The position numbers and the translations under genes were made by a program. A stretch of DNA of 62,076 bases, counting the filler, from Hydrolagus affinis (Eukaryota): NCBI GenBank assembly GCA_012026655.1. It is 4 parts of 4 records of this genome, joined end to end, with 100 filler letters (N's around TTAATTAATTAA, not from the genome) between each part and the next. Parts side by side here need not be neighbours in the genome. Positions count along the whole stretch, not along the records: positions 13,043 to 23,153 come from JAAILG010025936.1; positions 23,254 to 47,947 come from JAAILG010010318.1; 2 more parts are not named here. The stretch is one strand, 5' to 3'. Position 1 is the stretch's first letter. Every line of letters starts with the position of its first letter. Below are positions 13,282 to 23,590 of this stretch, piece after piece. The notes under the pieces are model-generated. The model was not told where the DNA came from and did not search any database. It saw only the letters and a program-made list of their open reading frames with translations.

Positions 13282-16200
13282 TCAGTCAAGTTGCTTCCTG
13301 GAAATAGACTGTGAGGACAAATAGGAAAATTCTCATTTAGTTTTAATTTAACACAAAAACTTGCATTCATCAAGCTCCACTCGCACCACACACACACATA
13401 TCTCAGTTTCACAATGTCTCACACTTATTGAGTGAAGTCATTTAACATTTACCTTGCTCTTCCAGGCAATGAAAGATACCATAACGCCATAAACAACACT
13501 TTTACAGACCAGGATTAGATAGGTCAATTTTCCAGTCACCAGTCTCTCCTGTATGTCATCTGAGAAGCAACAGAAATGTGTAAGTTAATGAATCTATCCG
13601 CTGACTCCTTAATTTGCCCTTTATCGCCAGCACTCCGTCTTTTGCCCACAAATATACAGTCAATTCACTTTACAATATATACTGTGAAGTGATTTAAGAT
13701 ATCTAGAAGACATGCAAAAGCACTATATGCAAGGATTATTATTATTATTATCTCGCATCTCCCTTCCACCTCAAGTCTCCATCCATCCTCATCTCACACT
13801 TCAGCGACTTGTCATCCTATTATGAAATCAAATTTCTAACTGTTGTTGATTAGCCCATGATCTGCCTCCACAATTCTCCATCCATCTCCCTCTCACATCC
13901 CACTATCTATCTACCACTTCTACCTCAGTCCATTTGCATACCGCCCTAGTCTCCTACACAAATATAATTAGTTGTTGTTTATTTGTTGTTCTCACACTTC
14001 AATTCATACCCTGACTCCTTGAGCCTCTATCCATCTCATACCTCAATCCATTCTCTTATCTACAACAACATACACATAGATAGCACTCTCCAGAGCGTCT
14101 CAGAGCGCATAACAGTGGCATGGCCTGTTAATCTAAGATGGGGGGAGGGGGAGTGGTGGAGGGGAGGTGGTGGAGGGGAGGTGGCAAAGGAAGGTTTTCA
14201 GGTGAGATTTGGTAAGTGGCAGAGAAGGGACATGGCAGAGGGATTGAGGAAAAGTGGAGTGTGTTATATCCAACAACACCAAAATTACATTTGTAGAGAG
14301 ACTTTCACGTTGGGAGGACATTCCAAATCGCTGAACAGTCAGGAATTAAGACCCGAGCATGTGGGGGGAGGGAGTAGGATTTGGATGAGTGAGGGCAGAG
14401 AGGGTAAGAGGGTGACTGAAGGCAAGGTCGAAGTGGAAGGTCTTGAGACCGGTTTTGAGGGAGGCAAGGTTGGGAGAAAGGTGATGGGATTGTTCGATGG
14501 AGTTGCAGAGTGTGGGGTTAACGAGGCCGAAAGCCTGGCTGATGATCTAGAACATATATCCAGTCATTCCCACTCACCTTTTGTCATCGAGCTACAGATT
14601 TCTGGAGGGGAAATAAATGAGAAATAGTTACTACATTTCGCTGCATCAACCCAATCCTGAGTAGCTCTCAAAATAATTTGAATATGGAAATGCTCATCAT
14701 CGACAACAACTACAAAATTACATTTGTATAGGTTCAGGTTGGGATGACCCAAGGCACTGGGCAGGCAATATTATGGACCCAACCTAGCGGTTTTGGGAGT
14801 CTGTTATGGTGATGGACTCCTGTGTATGACAGGTCATAGCAATGTGTTCCTTTGTGTGTTTGAGATGTGGCTGATCACTGTGAGGGATTTATGGGTGGGT
14901 TGAACACAGATGTTAAAATTGTGTGAATCAGATGCCTGATTGATCTAATGATGGTTTTCTCTGTGGGTCAGAGAGTGGCACACACACACACACAGATCTA
15001 TATATATATTTACCTCCTTTTGGTTTCAAATTCTTAATAAATGACATTTTCTCAGTTCCATTGTTGACGTAGGTGACATGACAGGTTATATCTTTGGCCG
15101 ATTTCCAGTGAGCAACAGAGAGACGGAGACGACTGCTCACAGAATATAGGGATTCTCTCTTCTTGGATTTTGAATCGGTCTGAACTCTGCTGCTGTCTTC
15201 ATTATTAACCTGTGAAAATGATCCACATTAGGAAATGTCTCCGACCAGTTGCAGGGCAGGAGCAGACCATTGTTCCAACACCACAACAATTCATGTTGTC
15301 CCCTCACCCTCTGGGTTTCTGTCTCCAAATCACTGATCGATTACATGGTTGACCACAGCTCTATCTTACTGTCTAGTACCTGGTCTGTTTCGTATTCGTA
15401 TTCCAACCAACCGCTCCCACAATCAATGGATGGGATTTCAACCCTGTACGAAGGTATATCTGTAGGTCAGATCACCAGAAAAAGAAACATCCTTGTCCTA
15501 TTTTTCCCATCTTCTAGATGACTTCAACGTTTCACAGAATTTACTATAAAATGAATTCATTGTATATTTATGGGGAAAACTCAGAGCCACAGGAGTGTCC
15601 CACAAACACTAGTGGATTGACCAATTTATTAGGTGTTTCTTTGCAGGATTATTAGCAGGCATGTGGAGTAGGAAAATTTGCCCAAGGTTTCGCCATGCCT
15701 GGAATCGCACCCAGTTCTCTCACTTGCAAATCAAGTGCTCTAACCACTGAGCTACAAGACTCCACACATTTATGGAAATATATGGAGTCCTGTAGCTCAA
15801 TGGTTAGAACACTCACCATAGACGCAAGAGACTTACAGGCACAGTGAAACCTTGGGGAAGTTTGCTTACATTCCATGCATGTGGATTGAGGAGACTCGCC
15901 CAACAGGTTGCCCTACCGGGAATCGAACCCGAGTCTCTCATTTGCAAGGCGAGTGCACTAACTACCAATCAACAAGGCTTCGCAGGCTTTTAGGAGCTTT
16001 TTGGACCCTTGTTAGCTTCTAAACTGACACGGCATCTCGGCTTGGTTCAGTCACTCGCTCTTTCACTGCTGAATCAGAAAGTTGTGCAATCAAAACACAT
16101 TTTAGTGACTTTGTGATCGAAGTCTAATAAAAATAATGATAGTTCCATTTGGTATAGCACTTTTCACAACTTCTAGAGCTCTCAAAGAGCTTCACAAAAT

Positions 16201-17136
16201 ATACTGTGAAGTGAATTGACTGTGTAATTGTGGGCGAAACATGGCAGCCAATTGTGCACAGCAGTGTACCACAAATAGTCATGGATTGAAATGACCAATT
16301 TTTTTTGAGGGACTATTATTGGGCAAGTGGAGTAAGGAGACTTGCCCAAGGTTTCTCCCTGCCTGGAATCAAACTCAGGTCTTTCACTTGTAAGGTGGGT
16401 GCCGTAACCACTGAGCTACAGGACTCCATGGCTTATCCTCTGGTGTAGAGCCAGGGTTGGGGTTGTCGCATTGGGGAGAGAGCTGGGCAGTGTGATTGAG
16501 TTGCTCTTTTAGAAGAGCTGGCACAGACTAGATGGGCCAACTGGCCTCCTTTTGTGCCATACATTTTTATGATTCTATGATTGTAAGATACGTGGTCTTT
16601 TGATACAGTAAGGTATGGGAAATGTTATCTAATTTCTACCTAGCATTTTTCAGATGTGATTAAACATTCCATGGCAGTACGTGAAAACAGAAGACAGTTT
16701 TTCTCTCTGAATGTCTTGGCCATCAATTCCCCCAAATAAAATTAATCACTCATTCATTTGCGGTTTGTTGGACATCACTGTGTGGAACATTGGTGGCTAT
16801 GTTTGCCCACAAAAGACACAGTCACTTAATTTTTTCATGAAAGCATTTGTGGACGTTCTTATGATATGAAATTATAAAATTATACGGTCTGTACTGAAAT
16901 GTGCTAAAATATGCCAAATATGGGCATTGTCCTATTGATTTTCTTGTTATAATTACGTAGTTTAACACACTGAGAGAGACTTACTGCCACATTATTAATT
17001 TTCCACTCTATCTCAACTGTGTCCGGGTAAAAGTCAGAGACAAGACACACGAAAGTTCCCCAATTTTCCGTCCTCAGCTCCTCCTGGGATGCATCGTAGA
17101 GGAAGACTTTGGGTTCGCGTATCTCCTCATCTTTCC
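13282..17136 (-). CDS. TRBC: T-cell receptor beta constant region (five exons)
   Basis: Exons 16985-17136 (GKDEEIREPKVFLYDASQEELRTENWGTFVCLVSDFYPDTVEIEWKINNVA), 15014-15209 (VNNED..YSVSSRLRLSVAHWKSAKDITCHVTY..KPKG), 14578-14601 (EICSSMTK, interchain Cys), 13453-13559 (DDIQERLVTGKLTYLILVCKSVVYGVMVSFIAWKSK, TM with conserved Y..K...Y) and 13282-13308 (SISRKQLD*). An alternative last-exon acceptor giving EAT* is possible. Confidence 0.92.
15650..15965 (-). mobile_element. tRNA-derived SINE copies in a C-beta intron
   Basis: Two tRNA-like heads (gtagctcagtggttagagcact..ggttcgattcc) of the dispersed SINE family seen throughout the window. Confidence 0.65.
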
Positions 17137-18336
17137 CTGAGGGAGCAATAGGAGAGTAAGGGAGAAGGAATGAGAGAGAGAGAAAGAGAAAGAGTGAGAG
17201 TGACGGAGACCGATAGTGAGAACAAGAAACATTAAGAGAGAGAATAAAAGACGGAAAGAAAAAACGAGAGAAAGAAGACAATGGGCGTGAGAGAGGAGAG
17301 AGAATGAAAAAGAAAATGTGTCCTTGCCTCTCACTCTTTGTGTGTGCCTCTCTCACCATTTCTACTGACTCCTGTCCATGTCTGGTTCTCCTAATTTGTG
17401 TACAATTTAAGGGTAGGAGTGGACCATCGTACCAACTTGCCATCTCCCCTCTCTGTCCAACCATGTATCTGGTTCTGGAACCAATTTCATGGTCACTTCA
17501 TCAACTGCCCGAACCGTTCCCTCCGTATCTCTAACTCTACATCAAGGAACATTTTCAGGACAGCTATAGACCCTTACTCTGTCTCACACATTCACTGTGC
17601 TGTTACCTTGGTATCAACAACAACAACAACAACAAAATTGCACTTATATAGCGCCTTTCACTTCAGGAAATATCCTTCTATATCTACATCTCCTTATCAT
17701 CGTGTATATCACACTCACTTTTTAGAGAGACGGGGAGAGAGAGCGAGACTGAGAGCAACTAAGTAGGGGAAACAAAGAGGGGAGACTGAGAAAGATACAA
17801 TATGAATGCTACAGAGAAGCAGAGAGTGGGAGACAGACTGGGAGATAGATAGACATCCACAAGACAGAGAGACTGATAGAGACACTGACAGACAGAGACT
17901 GAGATAGATTTAGAGAATTAGATAGAGAGACTCAGAGAAGACTGAGAGATGGGGTCCAAGAGAGACAGAGATTGAGAGACTGAGCAAAATGAGGGATAAA
18001 CAGAGAGTGGCAGAGAGCCTGAGAGATATAGACTGACTGAGACTCAGACAAAGAGACTTAGAGGCAAAAACACGCACAAACGTAGAGAGTAAAGTATAAT
18101 AGGTAGAGACTAGGGGGTTAGCGACAAACCTCAGCCAGGGATAAAGGCAGACAATAACAACAACAACAAAATTATATTTGTAGAGAGCATTTCACTTCAG
18201 GAGGACATCCCAATTTGCAGACAAGATAGATAGGGAGTGCTTGAGAGGATTAGAGATGGAAATTGAGAGGGAGACTGAGGAACGTTGCCTTCTGACAAAT
18301 ACAAATTTTGAACTGGAGAAATTAACTGAAACTCAC

Positions 18337-18386
18337 CAAGAACAATTAACTTTGTTCCATCTGCAAAGTAGTTTATATCAGAGGAG
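18337..18386 (-). CDS. TRBJ: TCR J-beta segment, non-canonical (SSDINYFADGTKLIVL) with 12-RSS
   Basis: Donor G|gtgagt at 18337/18336; heptamer 18387-18393 (ctctgtg), 12-bp spacer, nonamer 18406-18414 (ggttatatc). Confidence 0.75.
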
Positions 18387-18841
18387 CACAGAGACAGGTG
18401 GGTGTGATATAACCTCAACACAGTGAGAGAAGCAGAGAGATAGGCAGGGAGAGACTCAAGACACTGAGAGAGAGACACTGAGAGAGACAGAGAGACTGAG
18501 AAAAGGTAAGGAAAGATGGAGATGTGGATAGATTGAGAGACAGAGACTAAGACTGAGATAATGGATAGAATAGCAAGTTAGATAGAGAGATAGAGAGAGA
18601 GAGAGACCGAGAAGGGGGGAATGAGAGAGACAGAAACAGCGAGATAGAGACAAGGCAAACGGCAGAAAGAGAAGATAGATTGAGAGACATGGAGACTAAG
18701 ACATGGGGAGAGAGTAGAGACTGAGGCATACACATACACAGACAGCAAGAGGCTGACAGATAACTTATTAGAGATACAGAAACAGTGCGTTTCTCAATGT
18801 TTAACGCTCGTTTTGAACCAGATAAATCAACTCAAATGCTC

Positions 18842-18892
18842 CATTAACAATTAGCTTTGTTGGATTTGAAAATTAGTTTACATCAAAGAAGT
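18842..18892 (-). pseudogene. TRBJ: Decayed J-beta pseudogene related to the FADG-type J
   Basis: GATGTAAAC TAA TTTTCAAATCCAACAAAGCTAATTGTT aligns with GATATAAAC TAC TTTGCAGATGGAACAAAGTTAATTGTT of 18337-18386; in-frame stop, donor GT changed to GA, heptamer disrupted. Confidence 0.6.
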
Positions 18893-19288
18893 ACAGATAC
18901 AGACAGGTGGATCTGTCAACAGAGAGAGAGAGAGACAGTTAGACACAGAAAAAGGACTGCGAGAGACCGAGAGCGAGACAGACAAAACGAATGATGGACA
19001 GACGGTCAGATAGACAGACTAACAGGCAGATAGACAGAGAAACAGACAGACTGACTGACCCAGAGAGTTGGTGATGGGAGAAAAAGCATCTACTTGGACA
19101 CGATGGCAGGGGGTGGGTGGGGGGGATAGACAGAGTAAGTGAATGGGATTAGAATGTCTGTTCTCTCTCTTTCTCTCTCCAGTATGGGAGAGAGAAACAG
19201 AGAGAACAGACTTGGTGGGAAAGAGAGCAGGGCTTGGCAGTTAGAGGAGAGAGCTTTAACCAAAGATTTCAAATATAGTTTAACTCAC

Positions 19289-19337
19289 CGAGAAAAATCA
19301 GTTTGGTGCCACCGCCAAAGTATGCTGGATTGGTGTT
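19289..19337 (-). CDS. TRBJ: TCR J-beta segment (NTNPAYFGGGTKLIFL) with 12-RSS
   Basis: FGxG motif, donor gtgagt, heptamer ggctgtg 19338-19344, 12-bp spacer, weak nonamer agatatatg 19357-19365. Confidence 0.9.
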
Positions 19338-19657
19338 CACAGCCAGTAATGTCTGTCATATATCTCCCAGCTGAGAGACAGTGGGACAGACAGACAGACA
19401 GAGAGAAGAGAAAGAGGGTGGTGGACAGAGAGATTGACTGATACAGAGAGAGACTGGGTTTAGAGGCTAAAGTCGGTGGGGAGAAGCTTGGTGAGGTGTG
19501 GCTGTGGGGGAGAGGGAGGGAGGCAATGGGATGAGAGTGGAGACCTCGAGTGCGGGAGAAAGAGAGAGACAACAGACTTGAGAGGGGGGGAGAGAGCAGG
19601 GACTTGGGGGTTAGAAAAGAGAGTTTGGACACAAATGTAAAATATAGTTTAACTCAC

Positions 19658-19706
19658 CGAGAAAAATCAGTTTGGTGCCACCGCCAAAGTATGCTGGATA
19701 GTTGTT
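19658..19706 (-). CDS. TRBJ: TCR J-beta segment (NNYPAYFGGGTKLIFL) with 12-RSS
   Basis: FGxG motif, donor gtgagt, heptamer 19707-19713, nonamer 19726-19734; tandem duplicate of 19289-19337. Confidence 0.9.
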
Positions 19707-19753
19707 CACAGCCAGTAATGTCTGTCATATATCTCCCAGCTGAGAGACAGTGG

Positions 19754-19784
<31 letters not shown>

Positions 19785-19876
19785 GGGAGAAAGAGAAAGA
19801 GGGTGGTGGACAGAGAGATAGACATGGACAGAGAGAAAGAGAGAGAGACAGACCCTCACATCCAGTCAATACTCAC

Positions 19877-19924
19877 CCAGGACCCTCAGTCTTGTTCCTT
19901 CTCCGAAATACGCAATGGTGTTTG
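19877..19924 (-). CDS. TRBJ: TCR J-beta segment (NTIAYFGEGTRLRVL) with 12-RSS
   Basis: FGxG motif, donor gtgagt, heptamer tgatgtg 19925-19931, 12-bp spacer, nonamer agtttacgt 19944-19952. Confidence 0.92.
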
Positions 19925-20332
19925 CACATCATGTCAATGACTGACGTAAACTCTCACTCTCTCTTTTCTCCCCTTCTCTCATTCCCTCTCTGGTCTCTCC
20001 ATCTTTGACTCTCCCTGTATCCCACTCTGTCTCTGGCTCTCTCACCATCTCTCTCCCGCTCTCACATCTTTCCCGCCTTTGCTATCTTCTTTCTCCCATT
20101 CTCTTACTCCTCCATCTCTCTTACTCTCCCCCCCTCACCCCCTCTCCTGTTAACTCTCTTTTCTTTTCTCTCCTGTCACTCCCTCTCTTTTAGCCTCTCA
20201 TAACTTTCCTTCCTGTTCCTACCATCCCTCTCCTCTCCCTCTCCTCCCACACAACTAAAGCTAACTAGAAGTTACCCATAAACACCATCAGTCATGGACC
20301 TGCTGAGATCGCACCCCCCCCTCCCCACAACT

Positions 20333-20414
20333 AGTTTTTGTACAGCTGTCAGTGAGAGATGTATCACAGTGGCTCCCCCCTGTCCCCACAATGTGAAATG
20401 CTCGTTCAAAAACA
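20333..20414 (-). other. TRBD: TCR D-beta segment GGGACAGGGGGGAGC (20372-20386) with 5' 12-RSS and 3' 23-RSS
   Basis: Minus strand: tgtttttga-12 bp-cattgtg-GGGACAGGGGGGAGC-cactgtg-23 bp-acaaaaact; the core matches the vertebrate D-beta1 sequence GGGACAGGGGGC. Confidence 0.95.
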
Positions 20415-20699
20415 CCCACCGACAGAAAGAGTGAGGGAGAGAGAGGCAGAGTAGCCACAAACCCACAAGCAACTCACCCCACCCCTTCATCTACGTGGCC
20501 CAAACAGGTATAGGATTTAGGACTTACGAGTCCTATCGCTCAGTGGTTAGAGAACTTAACCCACAAAACTTTTAGAGTCAATTCACTTTACAGTATATTC
20601 GATTAAGTGCTTTGAGACATCTAGAAGTGTAAAGCATTATATCAAATGCAACAATTATCAATATTTAACTCTGCAGCCCCTGCACTCTCCTGCACCAGG

Positions 20700-21037
20700 C
20701 TCCATGACCATATCACCCCCATCCTCTTCCGACATCACTGGCTTCCCATCACACAGAGGATACAGTTCAAGATCCTGGACCTCACCTTCAAAGCTCCTCC
20801 ATGGCCTTCGTACAACCTATCTTGATGACCTGCTAACCCCCAAGGAACCAACCATCTGCTCCCACTCGACGGGCTCTGGCCTGCTTTATGTCTCCCGCCT
20901 CACTCACCACACCATTGGTGGGCTTCTCTCCAGCCACTCTGCCCCCATCCTCTGGCGATTTTCCCGTGAATTGGATCGTCCTCCCGATGTGAAAGGCAGG
21001 ACTTAAATGTAATTGTGTTGTTGGTTCTTGTTGTTGT
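20700..21037 (+). mobile_element. L2-like LINE 3' fragment abutting the 3' end of the V-beta pseudogene
   Basis: HWLPITQRIQFKILDLTFK-like sequence followed by the L2 tail gatgtgaaaggc..aaatgtaattgtgttgttg. Confidence 0.75.
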
Positions 21038-21556
21038 AGCCGCAGCACAGAAATACGCCCTCTCGTGGGCTAGGTTCCTGATGGAGATCTCCGGGGAGGA
21101 GTTCTTATCACTGGTCTGTGTGGTGTTGTAGTCAGGTTGAAAACTTTTCTGATATGTTGGGTTTGAGTAACAGCTGCCAATGTGAGGCCTCCTTGATGGG
21201 GATGGAGTTACCAGAGCATCATACTAAGGGCAATATTATCATGGTGACACCTTCAAGTCACACTCTCTCCCTCTCTGGTGATAGTCTTTGGCCACAGAGT
21301 CACCAACTCTGCCAGTGACAGACCTGCAAAGACAACATAACAATGTGATTCTGCTAACATGGAATCTGGGTGGAATGTCCTAACGGGGATCCCTTGGATT
21401 AGGCATGGACAGAAATTGGGATCATCTCGGACAGAGAGTGGTGTGACATGAAATTACTATGGATTTGAGAGTTTACACAGAATAGAGAGATGTTGAGAGA
21501 TACTCACAGGGCCAGAGGATATAGATCAGAGAAACAGTGAGAAAGGACAGACTCAT
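21038..21556 (-). pseudogene. TRBV: TCR V-beta pseudogene (leader 21508-21556, V exon 21038-21323)
   Basis: Leader MSLSFLTVSLIYILWP with gtgagt donor; V exon LSLAELVTLWPKTITREGESVT*RCHHDNIALSMMLW*..(frameshift)..SSPEISIRNLAHERAYFCAA; no RSS follows. Assignment to the beta family is by resemblance and position. Confidence 0.75.
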
Positions 21557-22427
21557 TGTTGGCAGAGACTTCACAGATTCCTATAGTACAGAAGGAGACC
21601 ATTTGTCTGTACTGGCATTTAAAAAAAAGATGGATTAACTTGGATTAACATTCAGACTCTGTTTCTCTCTCCCTCACTCAATCTATCATGTGCAGTCTTC
21701 TTTTCGCTCCCATTTACACTGTGTTTCTCCTCTGCACCATCCCAGCTCTCTGAAGTGAATCCATCAGAGGTTTTTTACCAACTAAACCCAAACTGTAGGA
21801 ACCACAATGTAAGTGAAGCTTCCCCTTAGTTGGATATTTTTGGAGCTGTGGAGACTTGGGGAGGAAGATGGACTTCTGGACCGTTTTCGGACGTTAGTTA
21901 GGTATCTGACATGAGTTGAAACCTGTCACTGTGCGATAAAGTCTCCAAACCAAACGCGATTGCCATGTATCCCATCTCAACGTTGAATTTCTGCTGTATT
22001 GGAGAATACCTGATCCACTCCCCAAAGGGATGTATGCCGCTTTCCTAACTCCAATGAGTATTTGGATCATGTTCTACCCGTTAGAGCTTCGACTGCAAGG
22101 TTAACAGGACCTGAGTGGGAGGATTCCCTGCCCCCAGTGACCGGTCTGCCCTTCCAGGTTCTGCTGATGAGCCAGGCTGGGACTGTGCTGTCATCAGCAG
22201 TGAGAGAATGAGCCCTGGACACACTGCACACATGCCTGGCCCAGGGACTGGAGTAGAAAATTCCACAGTGAGTGGACTCAGTTGTGGTGTCCTATAGCTC
22301 AGTGGTTAGAGCACAGTGAGACCTGTGTTTCGAGTCCACGCAGGTCAGGGTGAAATCTTGGGTAAGTTTCCTTACTCCACATGCCTATTAACAATCCGTC
22401 CCCAAAATAAACCTACAATAAAAAAAA

Positions 22428-22555
22428 TTGAGTTCTGACGAAGGGTCGTGGACCCAAAAGGTTGACTCACTTTCCTGTCTCCATGACTTGCCTGACCTGC
22501 TGAGTTGTCCCAGCAACTTCTGTTTTTGTTTCAGATTTCCAGCATCTGTAGTATT
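22428..22555 (+). mobile_element. V-SINE (HE1-like) fragment
   Basis: ctgacgaagggtc..gacctgctgagtt..tttcagatttccagcatctg is typical of the cartilaginous-fish V-SINE 3' region. Confidence 0.6.
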
Positions 22556-23153
22556 TTATCTTTTGTATAATATAAAATTGGTCAGTTCAATCTATGATTC
22601 TTTTTGGGGACACTGCTGTGCGCAATTGGCTGCTGCATTTCGCCCTAAAAAAAATACAGTGAATTCATTTTACAGTATATTCTGTGAAGCGCTTTGAGGC
22701 ATCTAGAAGATGTGAAAAGCGCTATGTCAAACGCAAGGATTATCATTATTATTCCAAGCACGTCAACATGCCGCCAGTTTGGCCCAGAGGAGACTCCACT
22801 GACCTTCAGTTTGATGCTACAAGACAGCACCCCCACACAACGCACCCCCCCCCACCCCCACCCCACCCACCAACTTGCACCCCAGGAAGAGAAGTTGGTG
22901 CTAGGTTCATTCACACAGACATGGAATCAACAATAACAACAATAAATTGCATCGAATCGGGTCGTTTTGCATAACGCCAATAATGATTGCCATTGGGGAG
23001 ACAAAGCCAATGTCCAATCATGCGCTGCAACAAAACAACAACAAAATTATACTGTAGCACACTCCTCTCTCTCTGGGGGATACGGTGAGGGGGTGAGGGG
23101 AGGTGGGAAGCTTTGTGTAGCCTGTGTGAGGTTTATGTATGAGAGATCTGCCT

Positions 23154-23253
23154 NNNNNNNNNNNNNNNNNNNNNNNNNNNNNNNNNNNNNNNNNNNNTTA
23201 ATTAATTAANNNNNNNNNNNNNNNNNNNNNNNNNNNNNNNNNNNNNNNNNNNN
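23154..23253. other. Artificial 100-nt assembly spacer
   Basis: 44 N + TTAATTAATTAA + 44 N. Confidence 0.95.
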
Positions 23254-23329
23254 CCCCCCCCCCACTTCAAACTTCTAAACTCAAGGCAATACAGAACAAG
23301 TTTATGCAACCGTTCCAACTTCAAAACCT

Positions 23330-23590
23330 ACCTCTTCAAAAGTGCCTATCTGTACCCTGTCCACACCCCCACCCCATCTTCTCCCTTGCTTGCTTGATGT
23401 CTGACAGGCAGTCTGTAAGGACAGTAGTAACCCTGGAGTCGAGGGTAGAGGCAGAGAGATAGAGTTGGGTGTCATCCGCATACATGTGGAAGTTAACCCC
23501 ATGTCTGCGGATAATGACATCAAAGGGGAGCGTGTAGATGTTGAAAAGTAGAGGGGGCCAAAGACAGAGCCCTGGGGGACGCCAACACTG
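23330..23590 (-). mobile_element. L2-like LINE RT fragment
   Basis: VGVPQGSVFGPLYF followed by frameshifted YADDTQLY-type sequence. Confidence 0.75.

Larger units (their letters stand above)
17700..19850. repeat. Low-complexity GA-rich (purine-rich on +) tracts interleaved with the J-beta segments
   Basis: Degenerate (GA)n/(GACA)n runs. Confidence 0.8.

Noticed and set aside
15740-15960. tRNA genes (gtagctcagtggttagagc..ggttcgattcc motifs here and at about 22290, 37830, 45700, 52900, 55330)
   Set aside because: These are degenerate tRNA-derived SINE heads followed by the SINE body and tail, without intact cloverleaf ends.
13282-17136. TCR-delta or TCR-alpha constant region (suggested by the alpha/delta V segments)
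   Set aside because: The C sequence, TM motif (Y..K...Y), D core GGGACAGGGGG and 12-RSS J segments all indicate TCR-beta.
16904-17464. 186-aa ORF as a single-exon protein
   Set aside because: Only 16985-17136 is coding (C-beta exon 1); the rest is intronic low-complexity sequence.
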